A model generated the notes under the pieces. The model was not told the origin of the DNA. It saw only the letters and a program-made list of their open reading frames with translations, and did no database searches. Positions 21,921-37,704 of a stretch of 64,000 nt of DNA are shown here, in pieces (the stretch's first letter is position 1; every line of letters starts with the position of its first letter). The stretch is from Chrysomallon squamiferum (taxonomy: Eukaryota > Animalia > Mollusca), in assembly GCA_012295275.1 (NCBI GenBank), contig CM022678.1:8432001-8496000 (forward strand), written 5' to 3'. A program made the translations under genes and the position numbers.

Positions 21921-22123
21921 TTTCTTTTAAATTAACAAAGAAATAAATGTTAATAAAAAATAAACAGTTCTACTATTGCTAGTACTACTACTAATAATAA
22001 TAATAATAATAGTAATAATAATAATAGTAACAATAACAATTATAATAAAGCCACTCAGTAAACTACTTCAACTCATTCTATAATCACATATTGCTTTTTA
22101 TGTTATGAAACAGCAAATAGACA

Positions 22124-22171
<48 letters not shown>

Positions 22172-22850
22172 GAAAATAAAAATAAAAAGTAGTAATGGCA
22201 ATTTTCTACTAGCGGATGGTAGCGGATATTTAAGTTTGTCTGTGTTACAACGTTAAAAACGGATATCTATGAAACTGTTTTTCAGTAGATACATTTCTCT
22301 TCTGTATACTAGGCATAGATAATCGAAATAAAGTAATAATGTTTATATGTATATAATCTTCTTATTATTATTAAGATTGTGAAGTCTGTATATAGCAACT
22401 ATAAAGTAGAAAAAAGTCGTGTGTGTTTGTGTGTTAGTAATTATAATAAGTAAATAAACTGCGGGTTTTGTATAACAAGCATAAAATTTTAACATTTGAG
22501 AATTGAGATAAAATAGCTATGGCGGTATTTGCTTAACAACCAAAGTTTAAGAATTTTAGAATTAAGATAATTAGCTATGGTGGGTTTTGTGTAACAAACA
22601 AAGTTTTAAAATGTGTCAGTCTAGGCTGGCTTCTCTTGCTCTTTGAATTCGATGTTTTCATTGACATCTGCAGTAATCTAATAATTTGTAATCTTTGCAC
22701 AGTCCGGTGGGCCCTTTTATGAAATAGCGCTTACTGAACCTTGAAATTCTGACCTTGTTTTGAGAAGCGTTTGACAGTGGGTTAGGCTTAGATTTGTTCT
22801 GACGTGTTGAGAAATTTTGCAGTGTAATCTGTGTCATTAAAGGCGTATAT

Positions 22851-22860
<10 letters not shown>
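21921..22860. repeat. Direct repeat of about 26553-27575
   Basis: Near-identical sequence apart from microsatellite lengths. Confidence 0.9.
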
Positions 22861-22927
<67 letters not shown>

Positions 22928-23068
22928 ACACACACACACACATACACAAACAGACACACACACACGCTCTTGTAAACCGATTTTTTTTTGTTAATATTCA
23001 TCATCCCTGAACTGACACGTTATTATGAAACACTCACAAATAATCAGTCAGATATATCTATTTGTCTT

Positions 23069-23109
<41 letters not shown>

Positions 23110-23226
23110 ACATACAAACACACAGACTCACACACACACACTCACACACATATACACACACACACACACTCACACACTCACACACACACACACAAATAAA
23201 CAGTCATATATATCTATTTGTCTGTC

Positions 23227-23257
<31 letters not shown>

Positions 23258-23544
23258 ACACATACACACTCACAGACACACAGACACACACACACACACA
23301 CACTCACACACAGACACACAAACAAACAGTCAGATATATCAATTTTTCTGTCTACACACACACACACACATACACACACATACACACACACATATACACA
23401 CACTCACACTCACACACACACACACACATCAACAGATGTACATGCAAAAATTCACACACTTCAACACATGCACATGCAAAATTCACACACATGAAAACAT
23501 GCACACACAAACCTCCATATACATACATATACAGTGAATTTAAT

Positions 23545-23860
23545 TAAATCAAAGCAAATACAGTGAAATCAATGAAATGAAATGATATACATTAAATGAA
23601 ATGCAAATGAAATACAATGAAATACAATAAAATAAAATAAAATGAAATGATATACTATGAAATACAATAAACCAAAACATAATAAAAATACAATAAAATA
23701 ATTGAACTGAAATAAACTGAACTGAACTGAACTGAAATAAAAGAAATTAAAATAATGATAAAATATAATAAAATTAATGGAATTGAAATGAAATAAAATA
23801 AAAAGTAATGATTGAAAATGATTCACAATGAAATAAATGAAATAAATACAATGCTAAATT
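23545..23860. repeat. Degenerate pentanucleotide tract (AAATG/AAATA/AACTG)n
   Basis: Visible 5-bp periodicity. Confidence 0.8.
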
Positions 23861-24924
23861 AAACTGATTTTGTCCATGGAATAAATGGCTTTTTAACAGT
23901 AAGTAAAAAAAATCATGAAAATAATTAAGTGACAACCCATCCCATTTGAATCATATCTACCTTCATTTTACATGGTAAATTGTATAATATTGTTTATAGA
24001 AGTCTGAATATTATTTTTAATTAATTTTTTATTCAGGTTCCTTTATTTTATTTATTTTATTTTTATTCAGGGTCCTTTTTCATAAGCTTGTTTTGAGAAT
24101 GAAAGAAAATGTGAGAAGTGACATTGATTCTAAGTGACTTGTTGTGTTTATCTCCCAGTTCTTCAAGTTTTCTCACTGTACTGAACAAACTAAACAGAAG
24201 AAACAGCAGAAGATAAAATATCTTCAAAACAAAACTGATGAAGGACTGAAAAAAAAGTTCCACACCAAAAGTAATATTTTAAAAACAGTTACTTGTTATG
24301 TGGACTGCACTTACTGAAGAATTTATAAATCTGTGAAACTGTGATTTCAGATTCAAAGTGTCATTCATGCAAGATACAGTCAGACATAGACCAGTAGACA
24401 GAATGTTTGGACCAGACAGTCAAGTGTGTGAAAAAGAAATTATTTTTAAAAATGACTGATGTAGAAATCCTTGATTTACTGCTTTAAAAAAAATACAAAT
24501 TGTATAGCTCAAGGGAGATAATTTTATTATTATGATTATTTTTTTATTAATGTACTGGTAAAGATTTTTGAAAAAGTATGCTAATAAAACATAAAATGGA
24601 AGAAGATATGTTGTTTGGAAGATATTTTCTTAATGATTAATTTGCAGATTACATTATAGGTCAAGTTGTTTAGTACATCTTAAATTTTTTTCTATCCGAA
24701 TGTCTTGGTATTCTTTTATTTTGTTCTATTAATATACTTTCACTTGACAATCAGAAATCTTGGTACATTTATGTTTTATAGGAGTCTCAGCACTTTAAGA
24801 CCTGTTGAAACATTTTAAATAAATTTTAATTTGGAAGTTCAGGTACATCTTAGACCATGTTTTTCTAAATTTTTAATTATGAATTTTGTTGAGGCTTTTC
24901 TAAAATTATCTTTTTCATATGAAA

Positions 24925-26465
24925 AAGTAGATTTGATGTTGATCTTTTCTTTTTCTTGTTCAAATAAATATTTCATTATTTTGTTTTCTGTTTTTCATTA
25001 CATATTTGTAGCCAGCATTTTCATCAGACTTGAGAAACATTCCTAAGAGTGAGGAATATTTTTATTTATATAGTTTTGAAATAATAGTAGAAGTAATAGA
25101 TGTGATTGTGGAAATACTGATACAGATAATGTTGCAGCAGTTAGTAATATAATTAATAGTAGTAGTAGTATAACTAGAAATAACAGCAGCAATAGTAATA
25201 CTGGTAAGAGGTAATGAAAATAACAATAGCATAAGTAACTGAGGGAGTACTGTAATAATGGTACTATTATTAATTTTTGGCTGTGTACATATTCAGAAAA
25301 CACCATAAACACTTTGCTTGGAGATATATAATTTTGAATTTTACTTGCATTTCAAATGACTGAATAATTTGGTTGTTTGCAGAATATAATATTTAAATTG
25401 TTTCTTCTATCTTTCTGTCTGTCTGTCTGTCTATATGTGGATCCAGTCATTACACATATTACATTAAATAACTAAAGCTTATTGCTGACACTTGTTATAC
25501 AGGCTTTTCTTTTTATTTATGACAGGTAATTTTATTCAAAGACTTAAAATAGGTAGTTATAAATGTTTATTTAAACCCTGTTTTCTCCTTCCAAACAAAT
25601 ATTTAAATTATTCTGAGTTTTGTTATTTATATTTTTAATTTAAGCTAGAGTCATAGACAGCTTCATAAGGTAAAGTGGAGGGGAACAGTGATTAACAAAT
25701 TCAGTGTTTAGCTGTTATTACAGACATTTCACTAGATGTCAGTCTGATCCCAGATCAAATCAGATCAATTTTTACAAAATCAGGAGAGAGAAATCATATT
25801 TTTTTACAAAATGAGATTGAATGATAGAGAGAGAGAGATAGAGATATATTTTGAAAGAGAGATTCTAAATGAGAGATCTTACTTTTCAAAATAATTATCA
25901 CTCAGTTAAATTCAACAATAATAAAAAGTCTGGGTAAGGATTGGCTGAGGGTAGGTTTACAGATAGATTTTATACTGATTAATATTTATTGACAGATAAA
26001 AAAAGTCTGTTTAAGGAATTCTGTTTTCTACAAATAAAGCTATTATAATTCTTACTAGATTCAAAATAATTTTTAATTTCAAAACACATTTTATTGTATT
26101 TTATCATTATTTCTGTATTGTTTCAGTTATGTACTACTACTGCTGCTACTACTACTACTGCTACTACTACTAGTACTATTTAATATATATTGACAAAAGG
26201 AACATTTCAGTGTTAAGTCAATAAATGTATTTGTAAATATCCTACACTTCAGATTATTTCTGTAAATTAGATTAGGATTTTATATTTATTTTATTTTATT
26301 ATTATTTTTTAATATATTTATTTATTCAAAAGTAGCAAATTATTTATGTATATCTTTGTCAATATTACAGTTGACTGGTTTGTTTTGACAGAAAAGAAAA
26401 AGAGAAAACCTTGAATGCTTAAAACATGATCATGTTATTTCCAACATATTTTAATTATCTTCTTC
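24925..26465. repeat. Module with copies at about 1-600 (diverged) and 35640-36570 (close)
   Basis: Shared strings such as gatgttgatcttttcttttt, cactagatgtcagtct and gaggattggctgagggtaggtttaca. Confidence 0.85.
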
Positions 26466-26490
26466 TTCTTCTTATGATGATGATGTGATG

Positions 26491-26528
<38 letters not shown>

Positions 26529-26634
26529 AATGATGATTATTATTATTATTATTTTCTTTTAAATTAACAAAGAAATAAATGTTAATAAAAATAAACAGTT
26601 CTACTATTGCTAGTGCTACTACTACTACTACTAC

Positions 26635-26673
<39 letters not shown>

Positions 26674-26763
26674 TAACAATTATAATAAAGCCATTCAGTA
26701 AACTACTTCAACTCATTCTATAATCACATATTAAGCTGTGCATTATGAAACAGCAAATAGACA

Positions 26764-26879
<116 letters not shown>

Positions 26880-27562
26880 AAAAAAAAAAAAAAAGTAGTA
26901 ATAGCAATTTTCTACTAGCGGATGGTAGCGGATATTTAAGTTTGTCTTTGTTACAACGTTAAAAACGGATATCTATGAAACTGTTTTTCAGTAGATACAT
27001 TTCTCTTCTGTATACTAGGCATAGATAATCGAAATAAAGTAATAATGTTTATATGTATATAATCTTCTTATTATTATTAAGATTGTGAAGTCTGTATATA
27101 GCAACTATAAACTAGAAAAAAGTCGTGTGTGTTTGTGTGTTAGTAATTATAATAAGTAAATAAACTGCGGGTTTTGTATAACAAACATAAAAAATTTTAA
27201 CATTTAAGAATTGAGATAAAATAGCTATGGCGGTATTTGCTTAACAACCAAAGTTTTAGAATTTTAGAATTAAGATAATTAGCTATGGCGGGTTTTGTGT
27301 AACAAACAAACAAAGTTTTAAAATGTGTCAGTCTAGGCTGGCTTCTCTTGCTCTTTGAATTCGATGTTTTCATTGATATCTGCAGTAATTTAATAATTTG
27401 TAATCTTTGCACAGTCCGGTGGGCCCTTTTATGAAATAGAGCTTACTGAACCTCGAAATTCTGACCTTGTTTTGATAAGCGTTTGACAGCGGGTTAGGCT
27501 TAGATTTGTCCTGACGTGTTGAGAAATTTTGCAGTGTAATCTGTGTCATTAAAGGCGTATAT

Positions 27563-27618
<56 letters not shown>

Positions 27619-28043
27619 GACACACACACACACGCGTTAAAACCGATTTTTGTCTGTATACAGTGTATGTGTGTATCTGTGTATGTGTACGTATGTGTGT
27701 TTGTGTGTTTGTTGTATCTAGTGTGTTTATTTAAGTTGTGAATGTGTGTGTTTGTATGTCTATGTGTGTGGTGTGTTTGTGTGTTTGTTGTATGTGTAAC
27801 TTAAAACATCTTCCTTTTCGCTCGAGTATTTTATTCATCGTGATTAATGATATATCTAGTTTATTATTGAAACTTTAAACAAATATAAATACATAGTATA
27901 GTACTAATACTCTCTGACAGAAAATAATAACTTTTATTCACTGACATTTGTAAAACAGTTATAAACACACGCACACACACACACATAAGACGACGGATAC
28001 ATTTTATTTACAAAATGATTTATTCGGTATACAATACAGTACT

Positions 28044-28103
<60 letters not shown>

Positions 28104-28330
28104 AATTAGAAAGAAAAGAAAGAAAGAAAGACTAAAAATAATAATAAGTAATAATAATAAAATATATAACCGACGGCTTGGAAAATAAGATGAGTTTTTT
28201 AGACGTCATGGGTTCATTTGAGGTCACTGTAAGTTCAAGTTGACAACACAGTTATACAATGTACTGCAGTGTAATTTATTTATTTTGGTTCCGGTTTAAT
28301 AAACTGATTTTATTTTGGTTTACTTTTTTT

Positions 28331-28408
<78 letters not shown>

Positions 28409-29517
28409 GTTTTTATAAGATTAACTACCTTTGCTGTTATAATGAAATATGTTCACGAATAAAGAGCTACCAAACACACAGACACACCGTCACACACACA
28501 GTCACACACACAGCCACACACACAGCCACACACAATATACGTAAAAAAAAGTTTCTTTCTTTCTTTTCTTAGGTGAAAGGGTCTCTTTATATATTTTATT
28601 ATTTGTAGGTTATTAGACTGAGCGAGATAAGTATAAATACATAAATTACATATCAATATTTTTACATAATGTCGACTATTAGATTGGGAAATAAAATTGA
28701 TTTAATTCTTATTATAATATGTTAGATCGGGGAATTAGTTTAATACTGACATAAATTATGTTGAAACGTGATTAATTGCACGTTTGTGTTGTATTTGTTT
28801 AATTGTAATGTATTTTATTTCTTTATTTAACAAGTCGATTTATCTTTCTATGTGGAGTATGTTCTCGTGAAGAAATCTGTCATTATAAAACACTCGTAAC
28901 TTGTTCTATCGTTCACACCAGCGAACAAACAACATAGTAAGTTTCGCTTCAGAAAACAAATAAAATGTTATTTGAAAAAACTTCAAATTAGGTTATGCGG
29001 TGAATGGAGACTTGAAAATCTATATAAATGAAAAGAAAAGAAAAGAAAGAAAGGTAGAAGCAGAAGAAGAAAAAATTCCTTTGTCCTTCAGTCAAACAAA
29101 ATCTTATCTTTATGTCCTTACAGTGGCCATATTCAAGATATTTTTCTATTACTCCCCCCCCCACGCTCTTAACTGAAAAAAAATCGGATATTTCACTTTG
29201 TCATTTCGACCTTTTCTTTCCAGGGAAAAAATATGTGTGTATAAATTTTCCACAGTAAAGAAAAGATCGAAATGACAAATATATAAATAAAAAAACAAAA
29301 ACAAACAACAACAACACAATGCCTTTGTAACAAAAAAAGAAAGTAACTGCAACGTGTTACAATAATTTACGTTTATTTTTGTAAATTTATTGACGAAGCT
29401 GTAGATAAACAGAATGCGAATCAGCTGTACATTATCACCACCTTTCATATAATAATTAATATCGGGAACTTGTTTTATACTGTCATAAAATAATAATTCT
29501 ACTCAGTGAGATTTGTT

Positions 29518-29597
<80 letters not shown>

Positions 29598-29613
29598 ATA
29601 TGCAGGTGCATCT

Positions 29614-29766
<153 letters not shown>

Positions 29767-30243
29767 TACAATTATAATAATACTTGTTTGCGTATATTTG
29801 TGATATTGTATTATTTTTATTCATATCTCTTGTGTGCACCTGAATGAATCTGACATATATAAACTAATTAATTAAATATATTATAATATATAGTACATAT
29901 TTCATTAATTGTCTAATCTAAACATACTGTTTGTTTCTATGCGTGAAACAGAGAGGAGTTCTTAAGTGTTTGACAATGTCAGGTTCATTGAAGTGACACA
30001 AATATAGATATGATTAAAAATAAAATAACATCACAAACATACAAACTTTAAGTATAATTGTAAATTTAATAATTTTATCTTGTAAACTAATTCTGGATAT
30101 ATAATCTATATATGATTATATTATGTATATATGTATGTATCTATGTATGTATGTATGTATGTATGTATGTATGTATGTATGTATGTATGTATGTATGTAT
30201 GTTCAGAAAACAAAACAAAGATAGCTAATATATAGAGGGAAAA

Positions 30244-30297
<54 letters not shown>

Positions 30298-30644
30298 GCC
30301 TACGTGACTAAAAACACGCGCTATCTTCGTGTCCTGTTTTTCATTGCTATTCATTATTAATATATTTTACAAAAAAAAGCATCGATTACCGCCTGTATAT
30401 AACTATAGAAGCTTATACAAGTTCTATTTTGGGTGTAGAAGTGTATTATCTTTATCTGTTGTCCAACAAACCTGTAAAGCGGGTTTCACTTTATGACAAG
30501 ATGAAAAAATTGTGACGGTTTTATTCAGAGACGCTATTTTCATTTTTACCTGAACAAAAGTCTAAGATTTCATTATGTCATTTTGACCTATACTTTCCTG
30601 TCCAGCTCTCATACATAGCTTGACGTTACGTTATATTTAAGAAG

Positions 30645-30693
<49 letters not shown>

Positions 30694-30730
30694 TATTATT
30701 TTTTTTTTTTATTATTATTTTTTATTTTTA

Positions 30731-30787
<57 letters not shown>

Positions 30788-31067
30788 TTTAAAGTAACAA
30801 AGAAATAAATGTTCGATTCGACGAATTCAGTAGTTTGCTTAATTACAATAATACATCGTCGTGTAGACTTGAACGTTCACTGCGGATCCACTAAGTATTT
30901 CCACGTCACATCCAGTACCAGTGAAAACCATCGATGTTTTATCCTTGGACGTTTCTCTTTGAAGCGGGTTTCCTCTCGAGACATTGTTCAGATAAAGTTG
31001 GCAGTTGATAATAAGTTATTATTAACCATATTTTGTATCAGTTATATACTACTACTGCTACTACTGT

Positions 31068-31120
<53 letters not shown>

Positions 31121-31315
31121 GGCCAGTCTGTAAACTAATAAAATTAATTAAACTCATTCTGTATCACGTATTAAGCTATGCATTATGAAGCAGTGAATAA
31201 ACAGACAGGTAAACTCATGTTTGATCTGTAAGAAGGTTTCAACCTCCACTATTCTTGGGTTTAACGAATAATACATTTCAGATGTCCATGATCACAACCA
31301 GTTGCTTTTTGGTAC

Positions 31316-31347
<32 letters not shown>

Positions 31348-32917
31348 TTTCAGGAATAAATGAGAATAGCGTCTCTGAATAAAACCGTCACAGTTTTTTC
31401 ATCTTTTCATAAAGTGAAACCCGATTTACAGGTTTGTTAGACAACAGAGAAAGATAATACACTTCTACAACCAAAATAGATCTTGATTAAACTTGTATGG
31501 TTACATAGAGACGACTATCGATCTTTTTTATGAGATAAATGTATAATCAATAGTAATGTAAAACAGGACACAAAGATTAACAAACGTATGCTTTTAGTCA
31601 CGTTCGCAAAATAATACTAATAATAATAATAATAATAATATGTTTCCTCTCAGTATTAGATACCTTTGTTTAGTATTGTCAAAACACATATACACACACA
31701 CACACACACATACGCACAAACCCCCACACACACATATATGCTTTTTAAACTAATTAATTCAGTATATTATAGTATATTACATTAGTTGCCAAATTTGAAC
31801 ATGTACTCTTTATTTCCATGCATGAATGAGGGAATTTATTGTATATATATAATTAAAAGACGCAGAAAAATGGCGGCAAGCAAGATGATAAATCACAATT
31901 TTGTGATCCTCCTGCAATTTACCGAGCGCCATTTTGGCTACATTCCAGGTTTCCATTATGGTGTATCCTAAAGTTGTATCCTAAGCAGAAGCGAGCGTAG
32001 CGACAGTATCACTATCTTAAAAACAATTCCGCATGAATTAAAAACACATATTAAACATTTAGTACAGGCCCGAAACCAACTATTCATCTTTCAGAAAAAT
32101 AAAACTGCTAGAAAATGCCTTTAAAATTTTACTAATATGTTTGGAAAATACTGTCAGCTTTTTTAGTTTTCATTGTTCATTTTATTTTAAGTGTCGAGAT
32201 CTTCATTGCCTACATTTTGAGCGATTCATACATAGCGATTGTCAGTTTGAGCGATTGACAATAGATCTATTGTATTCTTTAAGTGTTTGGGAATTAGCGA
32301 TTTAAAGCGAAAGTATCTGGGAATTTTTAGAAGAAATTAATTAAACTAAATTAATTAAGAAAACTGGGCATGAGTTCCGAATGTTCGAGTATTTATAGCC
32401 TAAAGAAACTGAAATAAAATACATTATTTTCTTTTTGTATATAGTTTTTAGCATTTTCCTATCACCTTTAAAACAGAAAATGCTAACGGTACATCACTTA
32501 ATCTGCCAACCACAGAAATTGCTAGGCGTAGCATGTAGTCGCTCAAACGTCATTGAACAGTTTTATATTTTAAGTATATAATTATCAAGCTTAGGTCCAG
32601 AAAACGAGAAAATGCTGAACTTGGTCCCCGATCTATATCCATACCTGGTCTGGAATCTGTATCGGAAATAAAACCACAGAGATATCTGGTTATTACACAG
32701 TAATCTATACAAGTAACACTTAATATACAATTTTGATTCATAAATATTCTGATACTTCACCAGATTAAAAAAATAACCAAACTGGTTAATGTACGGTTTT
32801 AATATTGCACTTGTAAACTGATCTTTTTTTGTTGTTAATATTCATCATACCTGAACTGACACGTTATTATGAAACACTTACAAATAAACAGTCAGATATA
32901 TCTATTTGTCTCTCTAT

Positions 32918-32966
<49 letters not shown>

Positions 32967-33059
32967 CACACACACCTATACACACACACTCAAAATAACA
33001 TCACAAACATACGCAGCACACACACACACACACACACACTCACACACACACACACTCAC

Positions 33060-35635
33060 TCATATAGATAGATATACATACAATGCACATTCATATCTCT
33101 GTATCAACAGTAAAGAAAGTAAAAGTTTCTTTTAGACTTTTATGGAAGCTGATCTATCGTTTACATTTGATTTCGAATTGTTAGTTGTTCTAGTAGTCAT
33201 AGTAGCAGTTGTAGTTGTTGTAATAATATCATTTACCTTTGAAGTTGAATTGTTAGTTGTTATAGTAGTCATAGTAGCAGTTGTAGTTGTTGTAATAATA
33301 TCAGTTACCTTTGATTTAGAACTGTTAGTTGTTGTAGTAGTCATAGTAGCAGTTGTAGTTGTAATAATATCAGTTACCTTTGATTTAGAATTGTTAGTTG
33401 TTGTAGTAATCATAGTAGCAGTTGTAGTTGTTGTAATAATATCAGTTACCTTTGATTTAGAACTGTTAGTTGTTGTAGTAGTCATAGTGGCAGTTGTAGT
33501 TGTTGTAATGGCAGTTGTAGAATATCAGTTACCTTTGTAGTAGAACTGTTAGTTGTTGTATTAGTCATAGCAGCAGTTGTAGTTGTTGTAATAATATCAT
33601 TTACCTTTGATTTAGAACTGTTAGTTGTTGTAGTAATCATAGTAGCAGTTGTAGTTGTTGTAATAATATCAGTTACCTTTGTAGTAGAACTGTTAGTTGT
33701 TGTATTAGTCATAGCAGCAGTTGTAGTTGTTGTAATAAAATCATTTACCTTTGATTTAGAACTGTTAGTTGTTGTAGTAGTCATAGCAGCAGTTGTAGTT
33801 GTTGTAATAAGATCATTTACCTTTGAAGTAGAATTGTTACTTGTTGTAGTAGTCATAGCAGCAGTTGTAGTTGTTGTAATAATATCATTTACCTTTGATT
33901 TAGAATTATTAGTTGTTGTAGTAGTCATAGTAGCAGTTGTAGTTGTTGTAATAATATCGTTTACCTTTGTAGTAGAATTGTTAGTTGTTGTAGTAGTCAT
34001 AGTAGCAGTTGTAGTTGTTGTATTAGTCATAGTAGCAGTAGTACGTGTTGTAATAGTTGTAGTGGAAATATTGCAGCAGAATTATTCGTCGTTGTAGTTG
34101 TAGTTACATTGTTAATTTGTTAATTGTTGAATTAGTCATAGACGCAGTTGTAGTTGTTGTAGTACTTGTAGTGTCAGTATTAGTTGTTGTAGTAGCTGTA
34201 GTATAATTATTAGTTACTACAGTAGCAGTTGTTCTAGTAGTTGCAGTGGCTGATGTAGCATTATCAATAACATTACTGTGTTTTAGTAGATATATTTTTG
34301 CCAATATAATTAAATAATTAAAATTCTCTTTCACGGGAAAATACGCGATGACGAACTCTTAAAGGTAGTTTTTAAAATTTAGAATTAAGATAATAAGCTA
34401 TGGCGAGTTTTGTTTAACAAACAAAAAAAAAAGAATATTTTAAAATTTGTCAGTCTAAGCTGGTTTCCCTTGCTCTTTGATTTCGACTCTTTCATTGATA
34501 TCTACAGGAATATAATAATTTGTAATCTTTGCACAGTCCGGTGGGCCCTTTTATGAAATAGAGCTTACTGAACATCGAAATTATCACCTTGCTTTGACAA
34601 GCTTTTGGCAGCGGGTTACGGATAGATATTTTTCTAACTTGTTTTGGTTCTGTCATTTTGCAGTGTAATCTGTGGAAACCCACATTCCTCTGTAGTCAAA
34701 GTAACATTCGATACCCAGCACTTCAGTATTAAATTAAACAAGATTTATTTCTGATGACGTAGCATTTTACATGTGTCACGCGGTGGTTCTGAGTCATGTG
34801 ATCAGCTGATTGTTGTCGTTCAGCCAGGACAGAAAAAAAAGTCCGTATCTGAGTTAAATCATAGATGTGGGCTTACTGTTGTGTATTATATATCATTTCA
34901 CCACCAATTATTATTTTTTCTAAAGTAATAACATTCAGGATATATGAATGATAATAATCACAAACATAGAGGTTTGACCCGAACTGAATAAACATCATCT
35001 GCTAACGTATGTTTCTATTTTATCTTGCGAAAAAAACCTACAAGGAAAATAATAATAAATAAAATAAATAAATAAATAAATGATAAAAACAATAGTAGTG
35101 AAGCAACAAGTACTAATATTAATACTAATACTTATACTAACTCTAACCCTACTCTATTACTACCTCTACTACCTAATACTAATAATTTTACTGTCATTAT
35201 CACTAAAAGTATACTACTGCGGATAACAGTAAATCTGTTAATTGCTTTTGTTATTTTACTTTATTTACTTTATTATTTATTTATTTATTGATAACAAATG
35301 TTTTTGGTGTGCACCTGAAATAATTTTGGCATACTCTTATGAGAGCGTGAATTCAAAATGTGACTAAACAGAGTCAAGTAGGTTTCGCCTCGGTAAACAA
35401 ACAGAATGTAAACTTCTGTTAAAATGAACATGCAGGGTATGAACACTGGTGTGTCAGTGTGTACACGTGACTAAATGCATATTTCTTTTTACGTCTAAAT
35501 TTCGTTTCTTTCTTTCTCTTAATTATACATAGTATCATCCACTTGGTCGTTCAATTTCAGATTTGGTTTTTTCCACTGGTTGTGTGTATGTGTGCGTGTG
35601 TGTATATGTAAGTGTGTGAATGTTTGCGTATCTTC
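33060..35635. repeat. Third copy of the 5160-7060 / 14415-16230 block; inverted partial copy at about 55415-56660
   Basis: Colinear: 72-bp repeat, cacgggaaaatacgcgatgacgaac spacer, GGGCCC module and downstream modules. Confidence 0.9.
33160..34030 (-). repeat. 72-bp tandem repeat (about 12 units), translating on minus as Thr-rich MTTTTTNSSKSKVTDIITTTTTAT
   Basis: Visible periodicity. Shorter paralogous arrays at about 5260-5450, 14500-14600 and, inverted, 56100-56560. Confidence 0.9.
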
Positions 35636-36309
35636 TGATAAATTTGGCTGTTTGCAGAATATAATATTTAAATAGTTTCTTCTATCTTTCTATCTGTCTG
35701 TCTGTCTATATGTGGATCCAGTCATTACACATATTACATAAAATAACTAAAGCTTATTGCTGACACTTGTTATACAGGCTTTTCTTTTTATTTATGACAG
35801 GTAATTTTATTCAAAGACTTAAAACAGGTAGTTATAAATGTTTTTTTAAACCCTGTTTTCTCCTTCCATAACAAATATTTAAATTATTCTGAGTTTTGTT
35901 ATTTATATTTTTAATTTAAGCTAGAGTCATAGACAGCTTCATAGGGTAAAGTGGAGGGAACAGTGATTAACAAATTCAGTGTTTAGCTGTTATTACAGAC
36001 ATTTCACTAGATGTCAGTCTGATCCCAGGATCAAATCAGGGGAGCAAATCATATTTTTTACAAAATGAGATTGAATGATAATACTATATATATAAATATA
36101 TATTAAATATATGTATATATATATTGAAATTCATTCGTGAATGACAGTGAGAGTGAGATTAATCATTTAGATCTAAGTATATTATCTTTTTGAAAATAAT
36201 TATCACTCAGTTAAATTCAACAACAATAAAAAGTCTGGGTGAGGATTGGCTGAGGGTAGGTTTACATTTAGATTTAAGATTTATTAAGATTTATTGATAG
36301 ATTTTATTA

Positions 36310-36382
<73 letters not shown>

Positions 36383-36593
36383 ATTTATTGATTGAAAAGT
36401 AGCAAATTATTTATGTATATCTTTGTATAGGACAGGTTTAGGACCTGGTAATACATACGAAAGTTACATTTGACTGGTTTGTTTTGATAGAAAAGAAAAA
36501 CAGAAGACCTTGAATGTAAAACTCTGCTTAAAACATGATCATGTTATTTCCAACATATTTTAATTGTTATCTTCTTCTTCTTCTTCTTCTTCT

Positions 36594-36661
<68 letters not shown>

Positions 36662-36731
36662 AAGTTTCACGTTCTAATTGAAATAACTGTATTTAACACG
36701 TAAATTTAAAATTTCTTCTTCTTCTTCTCCT

Positions 36732-36811
<80 letters not shown>

Positions 36812-37512
36812 GAAAAGAAAAACAGAAAAAGTAGTAATAGCAATTTTCTACTATGTTCTCGATAAGAAATCCGTCATTATAAAACACTCGTAACTTGTTC
36901 TATCGTTCACACCAGCAAACAAACAACATAGTAAGTTTCGCTTCAGTAAACAAATAAAATGTTATTTGAAAAAAACTTCAAATTAGGTTATGCGGTGAAT
37001 GGAGACTTGAAAATCTATATAAATGAAAAGAAAAGAAAAGAAAGAAAGGTAGAAGAAAGAAGAAAAAAATTCCTTTGTTCGTCAGTGAAACAAAATCTTG
37101 TCTTTATGTCCTTACAGTGGCCATATTCAAGAAATTTTTCTATTACTCCCCCCCCTCCAGACGCTCTTAACTGAAAAAAAGTCGGATATTTCACTTTGTC
37201 ATTCCGACCTTTCCTTTCCAGGGAAAAAATATGTGTGTATAAATTTTCCCCAGTAAAGAAAAAATTGAAATGACAAATATATAAATAAAAAAACAAAAAC
37301 AAACAACAACAACATAATGCCTTTGTAACAAAAAAAAAAAGTAACTGCAACGTGTTACAATAATTTACGTTTATTTTTGTAAATTTATTGAAGAAGCTGT
37401 AGATAAACAGAATGCGAATCAGCTGTACATTATCACCACATTTCATATAATAATTAATACCGGGAACTTGTTTTATACTGTCATAAAATAATAATTCTAC
37501 TCAGTGAGATTT

Positions 37513-37553
<41 letters not shown>

Positions 37554-37563
37554 GCAGGTGTAT

Positions 37564-37704
<141 letters not shown>

